From an uncultured Gammaproteobacteria bacterium (GTDB lineage: Bacteria; Pseudomonadota; Gammaproteobacteria; JAURND01): a DNA stretch of 64,000 nt. Made by a program: the position numbers and the translations under genes. Shown here one piece after another: positions 40,231 through 50,697 of the stretch; the first letter of the stretch is position 1, and every line of letters begins with the position of its first letter. The notes below the pieces were generated by a model, which saw only the letters and a list, made by a program, of their open reading frames with translations, searched no databases and was not told the origin of the DNA. The DNA is taken from the NCBI GenBank assembly GCA_963714975.1, contig CAVQQD010000003.1:576001-640000 (forward strand). Reading direction: 5' to 3'.

Positions 40231-40850
40231 AACAGCTTCAACAACTTACCGATCAACTGAAGTTACGAGGTATGGCAGCCCATCTTGCACCCGCCATTGA
40301 GGCCGCACAGAAAAATCAAACAGCATTCCAAGAGATTTTACTCCAACTCCTGGAGGCTGAAGCACTGGATCGCCAAACCCGAGCCTTGGCCAGTCGTACA
40401 CGAAAAGCCAAAATGCCGTGGACCTGGACCTTAGATACCTTTCCCTTTCAGCAACAACCTGGCGTGAGTAAAACCCAAGTACTCTCGCTAGCAAAACTCG
40501 ATTTTATTAAGGGCAATGAAAATATTGTATTTATCGGCAAACCGGGTGTGGGGAAAACTGGTTTAGCCCTTGGGTTACTCAAGGCGGCACTACAACAAGG
40601 ATATCGATGTCGGTTCTACTCTGCCTTAGATTTATTGAATGATCTGTATGCCTCTTTAGCAGACCGAAGCACTTCCAGCTTACTCAAAAGCGTGGCGAAA
40701 TATGATTTATTAGTGATTGATTAATGTTGACACCTCATTAATGTGGAGTAGTTTTCATATCTATTTGAAAATAAAAAATTTATTTCTATATCGCTCCACA
40801 TTAATAATAGTAATAGCATTGGAATTCTCATTTCAACAAAGGAGATTCTA

Positions 40851-42106
40851 ATGCTTAAAAATTTTTTCCCAAAAGCTTATCAACGCTATTTGTCTTTACC
40901 CGTGTTGGGGCCAATACTGGATGAATTTACAATATTTCTCACCCAATTAGGTTATCCCCGTCATGTAGTACGTGCTCGTTTCTATGTAATTCCAGCAATT
41001 GATCAACATCTGCGAACACGCAAATGTTATTCAATCCAAGATATTACTCGAGACGCACTGCTAGCTTGTGCACCGCCGCTAGGTCATTCCCAAGAAGATA
41101 TCCATTCGGCTGCCACAGTAAACTTATTAGAACGCTATTTTGATGAAAAAAGAGTACTCCTTCCGCCGGAACCACTTAGTCCCATCGAAGAAAAAGTGAA
41201 TGAATATCGTCGTTATTTGCAACAAGTACGCGGGTTTTCACCTTCGACTACCAAGCATCACTGCTTCACAATATCACAATTTCTGGTTCGTTTTAATAAG
41301 TGTGGAGGATTATCCTATCTGGCAAAATTAACATTACAAGACATCGAAGATTTTATACGTGATCGTGGTAATAAATTAAAACGAACTTCATTACAACATA
41401 CCATTGCTCATCTTCGAGCATTTCTGCGTTTCCTTATCATATACGGTGAAGTTCCAAGAGGGCTGGATAGTCAAATCGATACGCCACGTATTTATCGTGA
41501 AGAACAATTCCCTCGTTCTCTTGACTGGGAAATTGTATGTTCTCTTTTAGCAATCCATCGATCAATCAACACCAATAGGAAAGCGAGATTATGCAATACT
41601 GTTACTTATCACAACCTACGGATTACGGGCAAGTGAAATTGTTTCTTTAAAATTAGAAGATATTGATTGGAGAAAAAATCACTATATAAATATTTCAACG
41701 TAAAACAAGTACACAACTTATACTACCACTAACTGAACAATGTAGGGGAGAGTATTTTAGATCATACCTTCGTCAAGGACGTCCTTCTGTTCCTTTTCGA
41801 GAGATATTTGTTCGGCACCGTGCACCCTCCGGGTACCTTAAAATCTAGCTGCAGTAACATGAGGCTTTTCAGTGTATCGGTCTAGACGATAGCAATCTAT
41901 CCATTTCATTTCAAAGGTACTCATTGTCTTCGCCATTCCTATGCAGTTCATTTACTTCGACAAGGCACATCGCTTAAAGACAATCGGCAGATACTATTAG
42001 GTCATCGTAAATTTTGAAAGTACTTGTGTTTATTTGCGATTGAATATAGAAGATCTCCGTAAAGAATTCCACTTAAGTATCTACCAAGTTTATCTACTAT
42101 TAAATG
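40851..42106 (+). pseudogene. RitA-like tyrosine recombinase
   Basis: RDYAILLLITTYGLRASE and HCLRHSYAVHLLRQG in shifted frames. Confidence 0.8.
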
Positions 42107-42119
42107 AAGGAGTTTAATC

Positions 42120-43139
42120 ATGAAAAACATAGACTATTCTTTTATCGTCTCCAATGGGTTTAATCATTATACATTATCTTAATCTCAAGCAATGTCTCTC
42201 GGTCGCCAGTATGTAGAAGTGAACGTGAGAATTTTCTAAAATCCTTGATAAATTCTTATGCGATACTAAGCAAAGTGATCTTGCAGTAGAAAGTTTTACT
42301 GCATGGTGCTATGACCCTGCAACAAATAAATGCATCAGGGGTTCGACGTAATCATATGCGTGCATGTGCGTAATCTATGTCTTTATCGTCAACGAACAGA
42401 ACCTACTTGTTTTATTCCAGATACATCTACAATTTCCAGCCGCTACATCAAACTATTCAACCACATATTTTCACTGAAGACTGAAATTATTCAGACTATT
42501 CAATGCGATAAAAGAACTTGAATCCTGCGTGCAGATCACCTTATGACGGCAAGAAAATTTTAGGCTTGGCATCTCGTATTACTTTATACGAGCAGGATTG
42601 CGGCAGTGGAGAGCTGAGTAAAATTAACAATTAGGAGATTATAACTGCCGTTAACCATACTATACTAATTCGCGCATCTAAGTTTCACAAATCGCGTCTG
42701 ATTCCTTTGTCAGCAGGATGGATGGAATGAAATAGAAACGATTATCTAAAAATACGACAGCGCCATATTAAGTTTCCTGTCTCGAAGGAATCTTCCATTA
42801 CATTTGGAATAATCGCATAATAATAAAGCATGGGATCATTATAGCAGGCACGACGGACTGTGATATAATCTTCCACTCTCTTTTTCAAATGCCAATATTC
42901 GTACAGTCGATGGAGATCAACCACCGCGTTAAATGATTTTAGACATTCTTTTGCGGTACTTGGCACTCTCTGAACGTTGGTATGAAGAAGGCGAAAATGT
43001 GCAAGCAAAATTGCCCATACTATCTACTTACATGGGACATTTTTCTATCCTATCAACACAGTATTACTTGCGCTACATCGAAGAAGTGGTAAGTACTGCC
43101 AGTAAACGTTTTGAAAAGCATTATGGGTCACTAGTATAA
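42120..43139 (+). pseudogene. RitB-like tyrosine recombinase
   Basis: SKFHKSRLIPL, DFRHSFAV, LPILSTYMGH...TQYYL. Confidence 0.8.
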
Positions 43140-43166
43140 TATGAATTAAATATGCGAGATGGTAAT

Positions 43167-44183
43167 ATGAAAATAACTACAAAAAACAAATATATTATCT
43201 TATGGTTTGAAAGATTTTTTTGCTGATTATTTACCTAGCTTACGTGGAATGAGTCCACATACAATACATAGTTATCGTGATTGTTTGGCATATTATTGAG
43301 ATATATTGCTACGCAAAAATAATGTCCCGTAACAAAAATAGATATAAAGAATTTTAATGCCAAAAAAATCATTGAATTTTTGCAAATGTTAGAGGATAAG
43401 CGTCAAAATAGTGCCAGCACCAGTAATATTAGATTATCTGCCATACATGTTTTTTTTCGATACCTTGCAGTAAAAATCCAGAAAAAATAGAACACTGTCA
43501 ACAAATTTTAGCTGTACCATTCAAGCGTACTAGTTCTCGCATTGTAGAATATTTAGAATATGAAGAAATTCAAGCTGTATTTTTCAGCAGTTGACCGGTC
43601 AAATGAAGATGGAAAACGTGATTACATTTTACTGGTTACTATGTTCAATACCGGTGCGAGAGTGCAAGAAATTCTTAATTTGCGATTGAATGATTTGCAG
43701 CTTGTTAAACCTTATCAAGTACGTTTAATTGGAAAAGGTCGCAAAGAAAGATTATGTCCTCTTTGGCCGCAAACAGCACAGTTATTGCAAGAATTAATCG
43801 CTACACGTAATAGTACACAGCCAGAAGAACATGTGTTTCTAAATCATCAAAAACAACCATTCACGCGTTTCGGTGTACGTTATTACTAACAAAATACTGT
43901 GATTTAGCCAGAAAAAGCACATTAACACTGTTAGGGAAAAGATTGCATCCACATAGTATGCGTCATAGCACTGCTATTCACCTTCTCAAATCCGGAGTAG
44001 ATATAGTCACTATTAGTCATTGGTTAGGTCATGCCGACATTAATACAACAAATCGCTAATGCAAGCGTTGATCTTGATATGAAGCGTGAAGCTATTAATA
44101 AGAGCGCTATAGATAAAAAAATTCAACACAAAGCAATTTGGCGTTCCGATGCTTCTATTTTAACGTGGTTAGAATCCTTATAG
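43167..44183 (+). pseudogene. RitC-like tyrosine recombinase
   Basis: SPHTIHSYRD, NTGARVQE, GKGRKERLCPLW, HPHSMRHSTAIHLL...WLGH. Confidence 0.85.
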
Positions 44184-44630
44184 ATAATTATTAATGTGGA
44201 GTAATTTTTTAAATAGCCGTATAATTTATGGAGAATATGCTGTTACTCCACATTAATAAAGTCTCAACATTAATCCATGTATGTGGAGCTCCACATAAAT
44301 TGATGAATTAGGGTATTTAACGTTGACACCCGAACAAGTAAATATTTTTTTTAAATTAATCGATATGCGTTATCAAAAAAAATCCACTCTCATCACAACC
44401 AATTTAGATTATCCCCAATGGTATGACATCTTTAAAAATCCACAACTCGTCGATGCCATGCTGGATCGCTTTCAGCACCATTGCGTGACCCTGCGCATTG
44501 ATGGATCCAGCCTCAGAAAATCTGCCTAATCCACCGGCACCCTAGAGCAAGGTCTTCATCCAGGACCGCCGGGCTAGGCGTGCCCCACCCCTAGGCTTAA
44601 AGTTACCCCGCCAAATAATACGAGAGGTCT

Positions 44631-44676
44631 CCGCCGAGTAAGCACGCCGCATTGCTGCGGCGTGCTTACTCGGCGG
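44631..44676. repeat. Perfect 21-bp-arm GC-rich hairpin in the IS21-like right non-coding end
   Basis: CCGCCGAGTAAGCACGCCGCA-TTGC-TGCGGCGTGCTTACTCGGCGG. Confidence 0.85.
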
Positions 44677-45113
44677 CCCACAAGGCGCAACAACTATTTT
44701 TTAATTAAATAGCTATTGTCATCTAAAATCATCTTTGGCAGTGACCTTGACTGGAGGGGCACTTCGAATGGCGGTGATGACGGGTTTTACAAGGAAATAA
44801 CTACTTATTCTTGCGCATTGAGTGGGTCAATTTTTATTAGCAGAAGTGGGTCAAAAATTTTTAGCGTCGAGGAAAATTTCCCCTGCAGTGGTAGCCGATA
44901 AACTTAAAAATCATGAGGTTGCGAAAACAGTGATGAGTAAGGTCCGGCGCAAACTGAACCAAAATGCTAGGGCAGGGGATATCCCTAGTATATCGATATA
45001 TGATAAGGAAGCCCCATCCAAAATCCCAATAATGAATAAAACGAAAAGAAGGAGCAGAACAAAATTTAGAACCACCTCATTAAAGAATCACATCAGTCAC
45101 TGCCTACTCTCAT

Positions 45114-45353
45114 TTATTGTGCTATCCGCTTAAATCGTGGAACGCTATTCCCTTCATAAGTAACATTTTCGGCAAACATTGCTTTGGGTCTAACCCAGAC
45201 TTGATTGCTTCCAAACGTGTCACATTCATACAATGCTTTATAAATAACCATTTCTTCATGGGTTTCTCTGTGACGTGCAACACCAATGACCTCATATAGT
45301 TTTCCAGTTTTATAATGCTGATATTTCCCACAGGAGATATCTTCTACAGTCAT
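45114..45353 (-). CDS. DUF1653-domain protein
   Basis: GKYQHYK...YEVIGVARH.ET.E.MV.Y.ALY...WVRP..MF...RF. Confidence 0.9.
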   Translation of the reverse strand: MTVEDISCGKYQHYKTGKLYEVIGVARHRETHEEMVIYKALYECDTFGSNQVWVRPKAMFAENVTYEGNSVPRFKRIAQ

Positions 45354-45572
45354 AGAAATCCCGAGCGTATTCAACTAACCATCTCTTCCACAGGTAAAGG
45401 AATGATCAGAATTTACTAAACAGGATGCACATACAGAAGGTTCTGTTCGGTAACCTGGGCCACTGGCCCACCGTAAGTTGTATTTGAATTGAGGATTGGA
45501 CGTTGGATATGGTGATGAGGCTGAAGAGTCAATAATCAAGTGTAATGCAACGTTATATATTGTAATTTCTTA

Positions 45573-45601
45573 TTGCATTAAGCAACATTATATAGTATAC
45601 T
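45573..45601 (+). promoter_or_regulatory. Promoter of the TA operon with a repeated operator-like motif
   Basis: TTGCAT-17 bp-TATACT; GCAAC(G/A)TTATATA occurs twice. Confidence 0.55.
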
Positions 45602-45630
45602 TTAGTTAAGTAAATTATTGGAGGTAGATT

Positions 45631-45855
45631 ATGGGAATTGCTGTTAATTTAGATAATGACTTAGTTAGTATTGCGCGTTCTTATTCTAGAGCAGAAAGCC
45701 GTTCCGTCCCTAAGCAGATCGAGCACTGGGCCAAAATAGGTCGTATTGCTGAAGAAAATCCAGACCTTAACTATGAGGCTGTTAAAGCAATTTTGTTGGG
45801 TCTCGAAGATGTGCGACTTGGTAACGTTCAAGAATATGATCCGGATGAATTATGA
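45631..45855 (+). CDS. ParD-like antitoxin
   Basis: RSVPKQIEHWAKIGRIAEENPDL. Confidence 0.88.
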   Translation: MGIAVNLDNDLVSIARSYSRAESRSVPKQIEHWAKIGRIAEENPDLNYEAVKAILLGLEDVRLGNVQEYDPDEL

Positions 45856-46142
45856 AGGTTTTACGAACCAATACTTTCTTACGTGCAGCGAAAAAGCTGC
45901 ATCGTAATCAATTGGTTGCGCTTAAAGAAGCAATTGAGGAAATTGAGAACGACCCTTCTATTGGTGAATTAAAGAAGGGAGATTTAGCTGGGATTCGTGT
46001 TTATAAATTTCGTATTTTACAGCAATTAGTATTGCTTGCTTACCTTTATGAAGAAGAAACGGATGAATTAACCTTGGTCTCGTTTGCCCCTCACGAAAAT
46101 TTTTATAGCCTTCTAAAAAAACAAATAAAAAGCTCACTGTGA
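45852..46142 (+). CDS. RelE/ParE-family toxin
   Basis: P.IGELKKGDLAGIRVYKF...LLAY...PHENFY. Confidence 0.88.
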   Translation: MKVLRTNTFLRAAKKLHRNQLVALKEAIEEIENDPSIGELKKGDLAGIRVYKFRILQQLVLLAYLYEEETDELTLVSFAPHENFYSLLKKQIKSSL

Positions 46143-46265
46143 CTAAATTACTATTCGCACCTAGGGTATCATTTATGGGAATTAAATGGTATAAGTCATG
46201 ATTTTTGCACAACAAAAAAATATCATTGTTGAATTGTGATTTTTTCCATTGGATAATTCCATCCC

Positions 46266-46372
46266 AGTTGTTCCTCTTCGGATAACTTGGGTCTAGGTTG
46301 TCTGGAAGCTGCTTTTATCTGCTTTGTTAACTCGTTTTTAATTTCTGGTTTAACTTCTAAGGGATAAGCTAG
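46266..46372 (-). repeat. 107-bp diverged copy of part of the phosphatase gene (54315-54421)
   Basis: Translates LAYPLEVKPEIKNELTKQIKAASRQPRPKLSEEEQL versus LVYPSEVKPEIKNELAKQIKAAFRQPIPILSEEEQL. Confidence 0.85.
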
Positions 46373-46519
46373 TACTCCGTCAAAAAAGTTTTTGTGCATT
46401 GATTAGTCAGGTATGAGACAATCGCTACCTTTTAAAATTAAAAAGGTGGGTGTTGATTTGGCACAAACGGAATTCAAATTCGGCTCAGGAAAAAAGATTT
46501 ATTAGCAATCAAAGAATAC

Positions 46520-47386
46520 GTGAAATATGAAGAGCCGTGTGTTATTCGGAGATGCAACATATTAAGTGCATTGAATTTAGGCTATAGAATTGCCGAGATT
46601 GCGGAATTGCTCCATGTCCATCGCAATACAGTGCGAAATATTGGTCTAATTTATAATGAATTGGGGTTGGATGCTGCATTATATGATGATGAAAGGTCAG
46701 GCCGACCAATCGATTTTGATGATAGAGATCGATCAAGAATTATTGCTGTATTGGCAATACCCATACAAGAATGCTTTGATGCCATGATCGATTTAAAGGA
46801 GCAAAAAACTATTTTGTTGGGTGACTCTCCAGAAATTCCAAATAATCAGGATTACACCAAAGTTAGAGTGACGGTCTACGAAAAATTATTAACCGCGCAA
46901 AAGAATCTACCCAATCAACTTAGATTTTGTTTGTACGAAGGTTATCGCAGTTTGCAATTACAAGAGCAGCTCTTTAATCAACGCTATCACATTTTAGAAC
47001 AGGCTTATCCAGATTGGAAACATTCAGAAATTTTCCAAGAAACGATAAAATTAATTTCTCCAGTGATCAACTTGGATGGCTCAGTGAACATACCGCCACA
47101 TAATACAGGTGCAGCGATTGACATCTATTTGCTTGATGGACAAGGCGAGATCGTGGATATGGGAATTCGTGTTGCAGATTGGATGCAAGATAAGGATGGT
47201 TCGTTATCACTAACCGATTCTGTAAAAATTTCTGATACGGCAAAACAGTATCGATTGATCATGAGCGACGTGCTTAAACAGGTTGGTTTCGTGAATTATC
47301 CAGGAGAATATTGGCATTGGTCTTATGGCGACCGGTATTGGGCTTATCAATGTGGGAAGCCATTTGCTTTATATGGTGCGGTCTAA
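46520..47386 (+). CDS. Chimera of an IS630-type HTH and an M15 D-Ala-D-Ala dipeptidase (VanX/DdpX-like)
   Basis: First ~77 aa IAELLHVHRNTV...ALYDDERSGRP; then EGYRS, PPHNTGAAID, EYWHWSYGD. Confidence 0.8.
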   Translation: MKYEEPCVIRRCNILSALNLGYRIAEIAELLHVHRNTVRNIGLIYNELGLDAALYDDERSGRPIDFDDRDRSRIIAVLAIPIQECFDAMIDLKEQKTILLGDSPEIPNNQDYTKVRVTVYEKLLTAQKNLPNQLRFCLYEGYRSLQLQEQLFNQRYHILEQAYPDWKHSEIFQETIKLISPVINLDGSVNIPPHNTGAAIDIYLLDGQGEIVDMGIRVADWMQDKDGSLSLTDSVKISDTAKQYRLIMSDVLKQVGFVNYPGEYWHWSYGDRYWAYQCGKPFALYGAV

Positions 47387-47853
47387 TGATTACTATTGAG
47401 CTCCTTAAGCATCACTCTGAAACAATTCCTCAGCTTGTGCAACTGTGGCATGAGGGTATTGGTAGAACGTGGTCACCCGATGTTTGCATTTCCAGGGTGG
47501 CTGATAAGTTGCATACTCATTTGAATGAATCCACTTTACCAATCACGTGGGTTGCACTGGATAATATGCAACCCGTTGGGATGGTATCTTTGCGCGATAA
47601 TGACGGTATAAGAACGGACTTAACGCCGTGGCTTGGATCACTGGTGGTTGATCCGAGATACAGAAAACAAGGCATTGGTCAGCGTCTCATCGAAGCTACT
47701 CAACTTAAAGCACGCGAACTGGGTTTTACACACTCTTCTTGCTAGCGTTCGACTCAAGCATTCCTGACTATTACCGCAAATTGGGTTGGGGTACCGTAGG
47801 TATGGATGAACTAGCCGGACACCCAGTAACCGTGATGGAGATTTGCTTATGAC
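47386..47853 (+). pseudogene. GNAT acetyltransferase, frameshifted near 47730
   Basis: PWLGSLVVDPRYRKQGIG; continuation LFLLAFD..IPDYYRKLGW in another frame. Confidence 0.8.
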
Positions 47854-48607
47854 AACTTCTTCATTAAACACCTATCTTGATCTATGTGCCCAGGTTTATG
47901 ATTTAAGCAAGCCCACGCCGCCAGTAGATGCTTACGCTTTTTATCGTGGTTACGCCGTACAAGCAAATGGTGCAATCCTAGAACCCATGTGTGGTAGTGG
48001 GCGGTTTTTATTGCCGTTGTTGGAGGAAAATTTTGATATCCAAGGCTTTGATGCGAGTCAGCATATGTTGAACGCGTTATTTGCTAAAGCGTCATTAAAT
48101 AAGTTACAGCCGCGGGTTTGGTATAGTTTTATAGAAGATTGGCAAACATCTGCCAATTTTAAACTAATTTTTATGCCAAGCGGATCATTTTGTCTTTTAA
48201 CTGGCGAAAGTTCGATTCAACTAGCGCTAACGCATTGTTATGATCATTTAGCTGAAGAAGGTATTTTATTGATTGACGCGCTAACCCCAGCAGGTGACCC
48301 AAGTTCACTGGGCGTTTGGCAAGGGCAGTGTTATACGCGGCCAGATGGTAAAAACATTCTGCTTTCTAAACTTTCCTTATTAAATGAATCGATTTTAACA
48401 ACTGTTTGTAAGTATGAACTCATTGATGGCAACAGTATTGTCCATACAGAAATTGAGCAAATCCATGTGAGATTATATAGTCAAGTTCAAATGATGGACT
48501 TATTGCATCAAGCAGGTTTTACGCAGGTACGTGCAATAAAAGCATTTGTTAAACAATCAGCTCCTGACTCACAGGATGAATCTATTGTTTATGAATGCAG
48601 GAAATAG
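47849..48607 (+). CDS. Class I SAM methyltransferase
   Basis: ILEPMCGSGR, GFDAS..ML, HL..EGILL. Confidence 0.88.
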   Translation: MTTSSLNTYLDLCAQVYDLSKPTPPVDAYAFYRGYAVQANGAILEPMCGSGRFLLPLLEENFDIQGFDASQHMLNALFAKASLNKLQPRVWYSFIEDWQTSANFKLIFMPSGSFCLLTGESSIQLALTHCYDHLAEEGILLIDALTPAGDPSSLGVWQGQCYTRPDGKNILLSKLSLLNESILTTVCKYELIDGNSIVHTEIEQIHVRLYSQVQMMDLLHQAGFTQVRAIKAFVKQSAPDSQDESIVYECRK

Positions 48608-48650
48608 CAGCAAGAATAGTCAAATAAACGATTGACGAAGAAATACACTA

Positions 48651-49118
48651 TTGAAGTTGATCATGATAGTTAGCTTTGTGGATAAAATTCCGGAAGATTT
48701 TGAAAAAAGAATGCGTGAAGATTTAGGTGAACACGAAACAAGCCATGGTATTGATGTTAATTTTAAGCGATTTGCGTTGTTGTTAACGAATAAAGCAGGA
48801 AAAATTATCGGTATCTTGAACGCATTTACTGCGTTTTCTGAAGTATACATTGACGATATGTGGGTAGATAAATTGCAGCGTGGAAAAGGGTACGGAAGTA
48901 AATTAATTCAAGCCTTAGAAGATCATTTTGAAGGAAAAGGATTTAATAATATGAATCTTGTAACGAGCGCTTTTCAAGCACCAGAATTTTACAAAAAATG
49001 CGGATTCACCGCTGAATTTGTCTGAGAAAATAAAGTCAACCAAAAATTGACTAAAACTTTTTTTGTAAAATATTTTAAAAACCAAATACAAATTCAAGGC
49101 GTAATCAAAGATAAATGA
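48651..49118 (+). pseudogene. GNAT acetyltransferase with an in-frame TGA at 49023-49025
   Basis: WVDKLQRGKGYGSKL, FQAPEFYKKCGF; frame stays open after the stop. Confidence 0.75.
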
Positions 49119-49137
49119 AAGATTGATTAATCAAAAA

Positions 49138-49824
49138 CTATTCGCTCATCGCATAAGCTACCGCATGAGTAGTTTGGAGAACAATAGGGTTAATAATTGG
49201 TAAACAAGAATTTTTTTCATCGAGCACCAGCGGACATTCCGTACATCCTAATACTACAGACTCGCAATCCGCATACTGACGTGTTAACGCTGAAAAATAA
49301 TTTCTATCTTCGATAGTAATCTGATTTTGCATCGCTGATTCAAGGGTTTTTTCTATCTTTTTGCGGTCATCTAGCTCTGGGATAATCACTTGTATACCGT
49401 TTTTCTCTAAAATAGCCGCAAAAAAACCATCTTCCATTGTGAATTGTGTTGCCAATAATAAGACTTTCTTTTGCTGTTGGCTCTTCAGATGTTCAGCCAC
49501 TAATTCGACAGCATGGAAAACTGGTGGCGTGTCGCCGAGCCCGCTTTTAATGATATCGTAGTATTTATGCAAACTATTACAACAGATCAATATGCAATCA
49601 GGTTTTAATGCTGCCAAAGCGCTGAATTCTTGTTTTAGCAGTTGAGCTATGATGTCATGACTTTTACCATAGTGAGACATAATATCATGATAATTGATGC
49701 TTTTTAACAAAATTTTTGCGCTATGATAGCCACCCATGCGCTCATTCACTAATATATTTAATAATTTGTAGTATTCAATGGTAGATGACCAGCTAGTTCC
49801 GCCTAACAAACCTATTGTTTTCAT
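49138..49824 (-). CDS. Aspartate/glutamate racemase family
   Basis: MKTIGLLGGTSWSST..YY, CCNSLH, VLGCTE. Confidence 0.92.
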   Translation of the reverse strand: MKTIGLLGGTSWSSTIEYYKLLNILVNERMGGYHSAKILLKSINYHDIMSHYGKSHDIIAQLLKQEFSALAALKPDCILICCNSLHKYYDIIKSGLGDTPPVFHAVELVAEHLKSQQQKKVLLLATQFTMEDGFFAAILEKNGIQVIIPELDDRKKIEKTLESAMQNQITIEDRNYFSALTRQYADCESVVLGCTECPLVLDEKNSCLPIINPIVLQTTHAVAYAMSE

Positions 49825-50697
49825 ACTCGTAGTAATCCTCTAAAAAAATCAGTTAACTGCTTAAAATAAGCCACATGATGATGCAAATTATCCTCTAAAG
49901 CCCAAGCTTGCGCCAACACAGCTTGTACAAAACACCATTGTACGATACGCAGTCGTGAGTAACCCATGATATCGGCGAACCTCTCAACGCGAAGTTGTAT
50001 GAAAGCAACAGCTTCTGGGTGCTGCAACAACTCTGGTATGGGGTTACGTAAAAAGGCAGATACGTCAAAGATAGGTTCTCCGATAACACCCTTAGGATCA
50101 ATGACCAACCACTCATCACCATTTTGGAGTAAGTTTTCATGATGTAAATCACCGTGTAGTAATACTGGCATCGCTGCAGTCGCCAATAAATGATCACGAA
50201 GCTGTCGCGCCTGATGTAGATCATCGGGTGATATTTCCCATTCTTGATCCAATGCTAACAGCCAATCTTGAATCGTTAGGAAGGTGGCAGGCGGAATAGA
50301 GGCCTGATGCAAGCGTTGTATTGCTTCACAAACAATGGTTACCGCTGTTTCATCCCGTTTAGGAAAATACGTTTTCAATGAATTGCCTGGAATTGCCCTC
50401 GTTGTAATGAGCCATCCAGGTTCGTTCGCTAATACTTGAGCGGCGCCAAAACCATTGAATGCCTTGAGGGCTGAGGCTTCTTTTTTCAGACTATCCGCAT
50501 TGTAAGCTAACTTTAAAATTATGGGTTGCTGGCCTTGAAAACCAGCCAATACATAATGGTAACTTAAATTAGATAATGGTTTGAGAGCAGATAAATAGTG
50601 CTTTTCAGCAATAGCATGGATTTTTTCGGGTAAATGCCTTAGCCAGTAACTACCCTGCTTGCCGTAAAGACGTTGGATAGTATCTTCAAATGAATTC
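49821..50697 (-). CDS. APH(6)/hydroxyurea-resistance-type kinase
   Basis: LLHGDLHHENLL, W.VIDPKG.IGEP.FD. Confidence 0.85.

Larger units (their letters stand above)
40722..44298 (+). mobile_element. RIT (recombinase in trio) element, decayed
   Basis: Three tandem tyrosine recombinase remnants; 29-bp IRs at 40722-40750 and 44244-44272; palindrome TATGTGGAGCTCCACATA at the right end; ATTGAT duplicated on both sides. Confidence 0.88.
40224..44529 (+). pseudogene. istB: IS21 helper ATPase IstB interrupted by a RIT element
   Basis: Walker A GKPGVGKT; DLLVID|ELGYL rejoined across the insertion; ITTNL, AMLDRFQHH, GSSLR. Confidence 0.92.
35595..44872 (+). mobile_element. IS21-like element with two extra genes and two nested insertions
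   Basis: 51-bp IRs (CCTCGACGCTAAAAATTTTTGACCCAC..., one mismatch) with internal TTGACCCAC repeats; 5-bp TSD AAAAT at 35590-35594 and 44873-44877. Confidence 0.9.

Noticed and set aside
44716-45133. ORFs 44716-44901 and 44822-45133
   Set aside because: They run through the IS21 inverted repeat and have no recognisable motifs.
49023-49025. Programmed readthrough or selenocysteine at the GNAT TGA (and the TAA at 14481)
   Set aside because: Non-catalytic positions, no SECIS-like hairpin, and many neighbouring pseudogenes; simple nonsense mutation is likelier.
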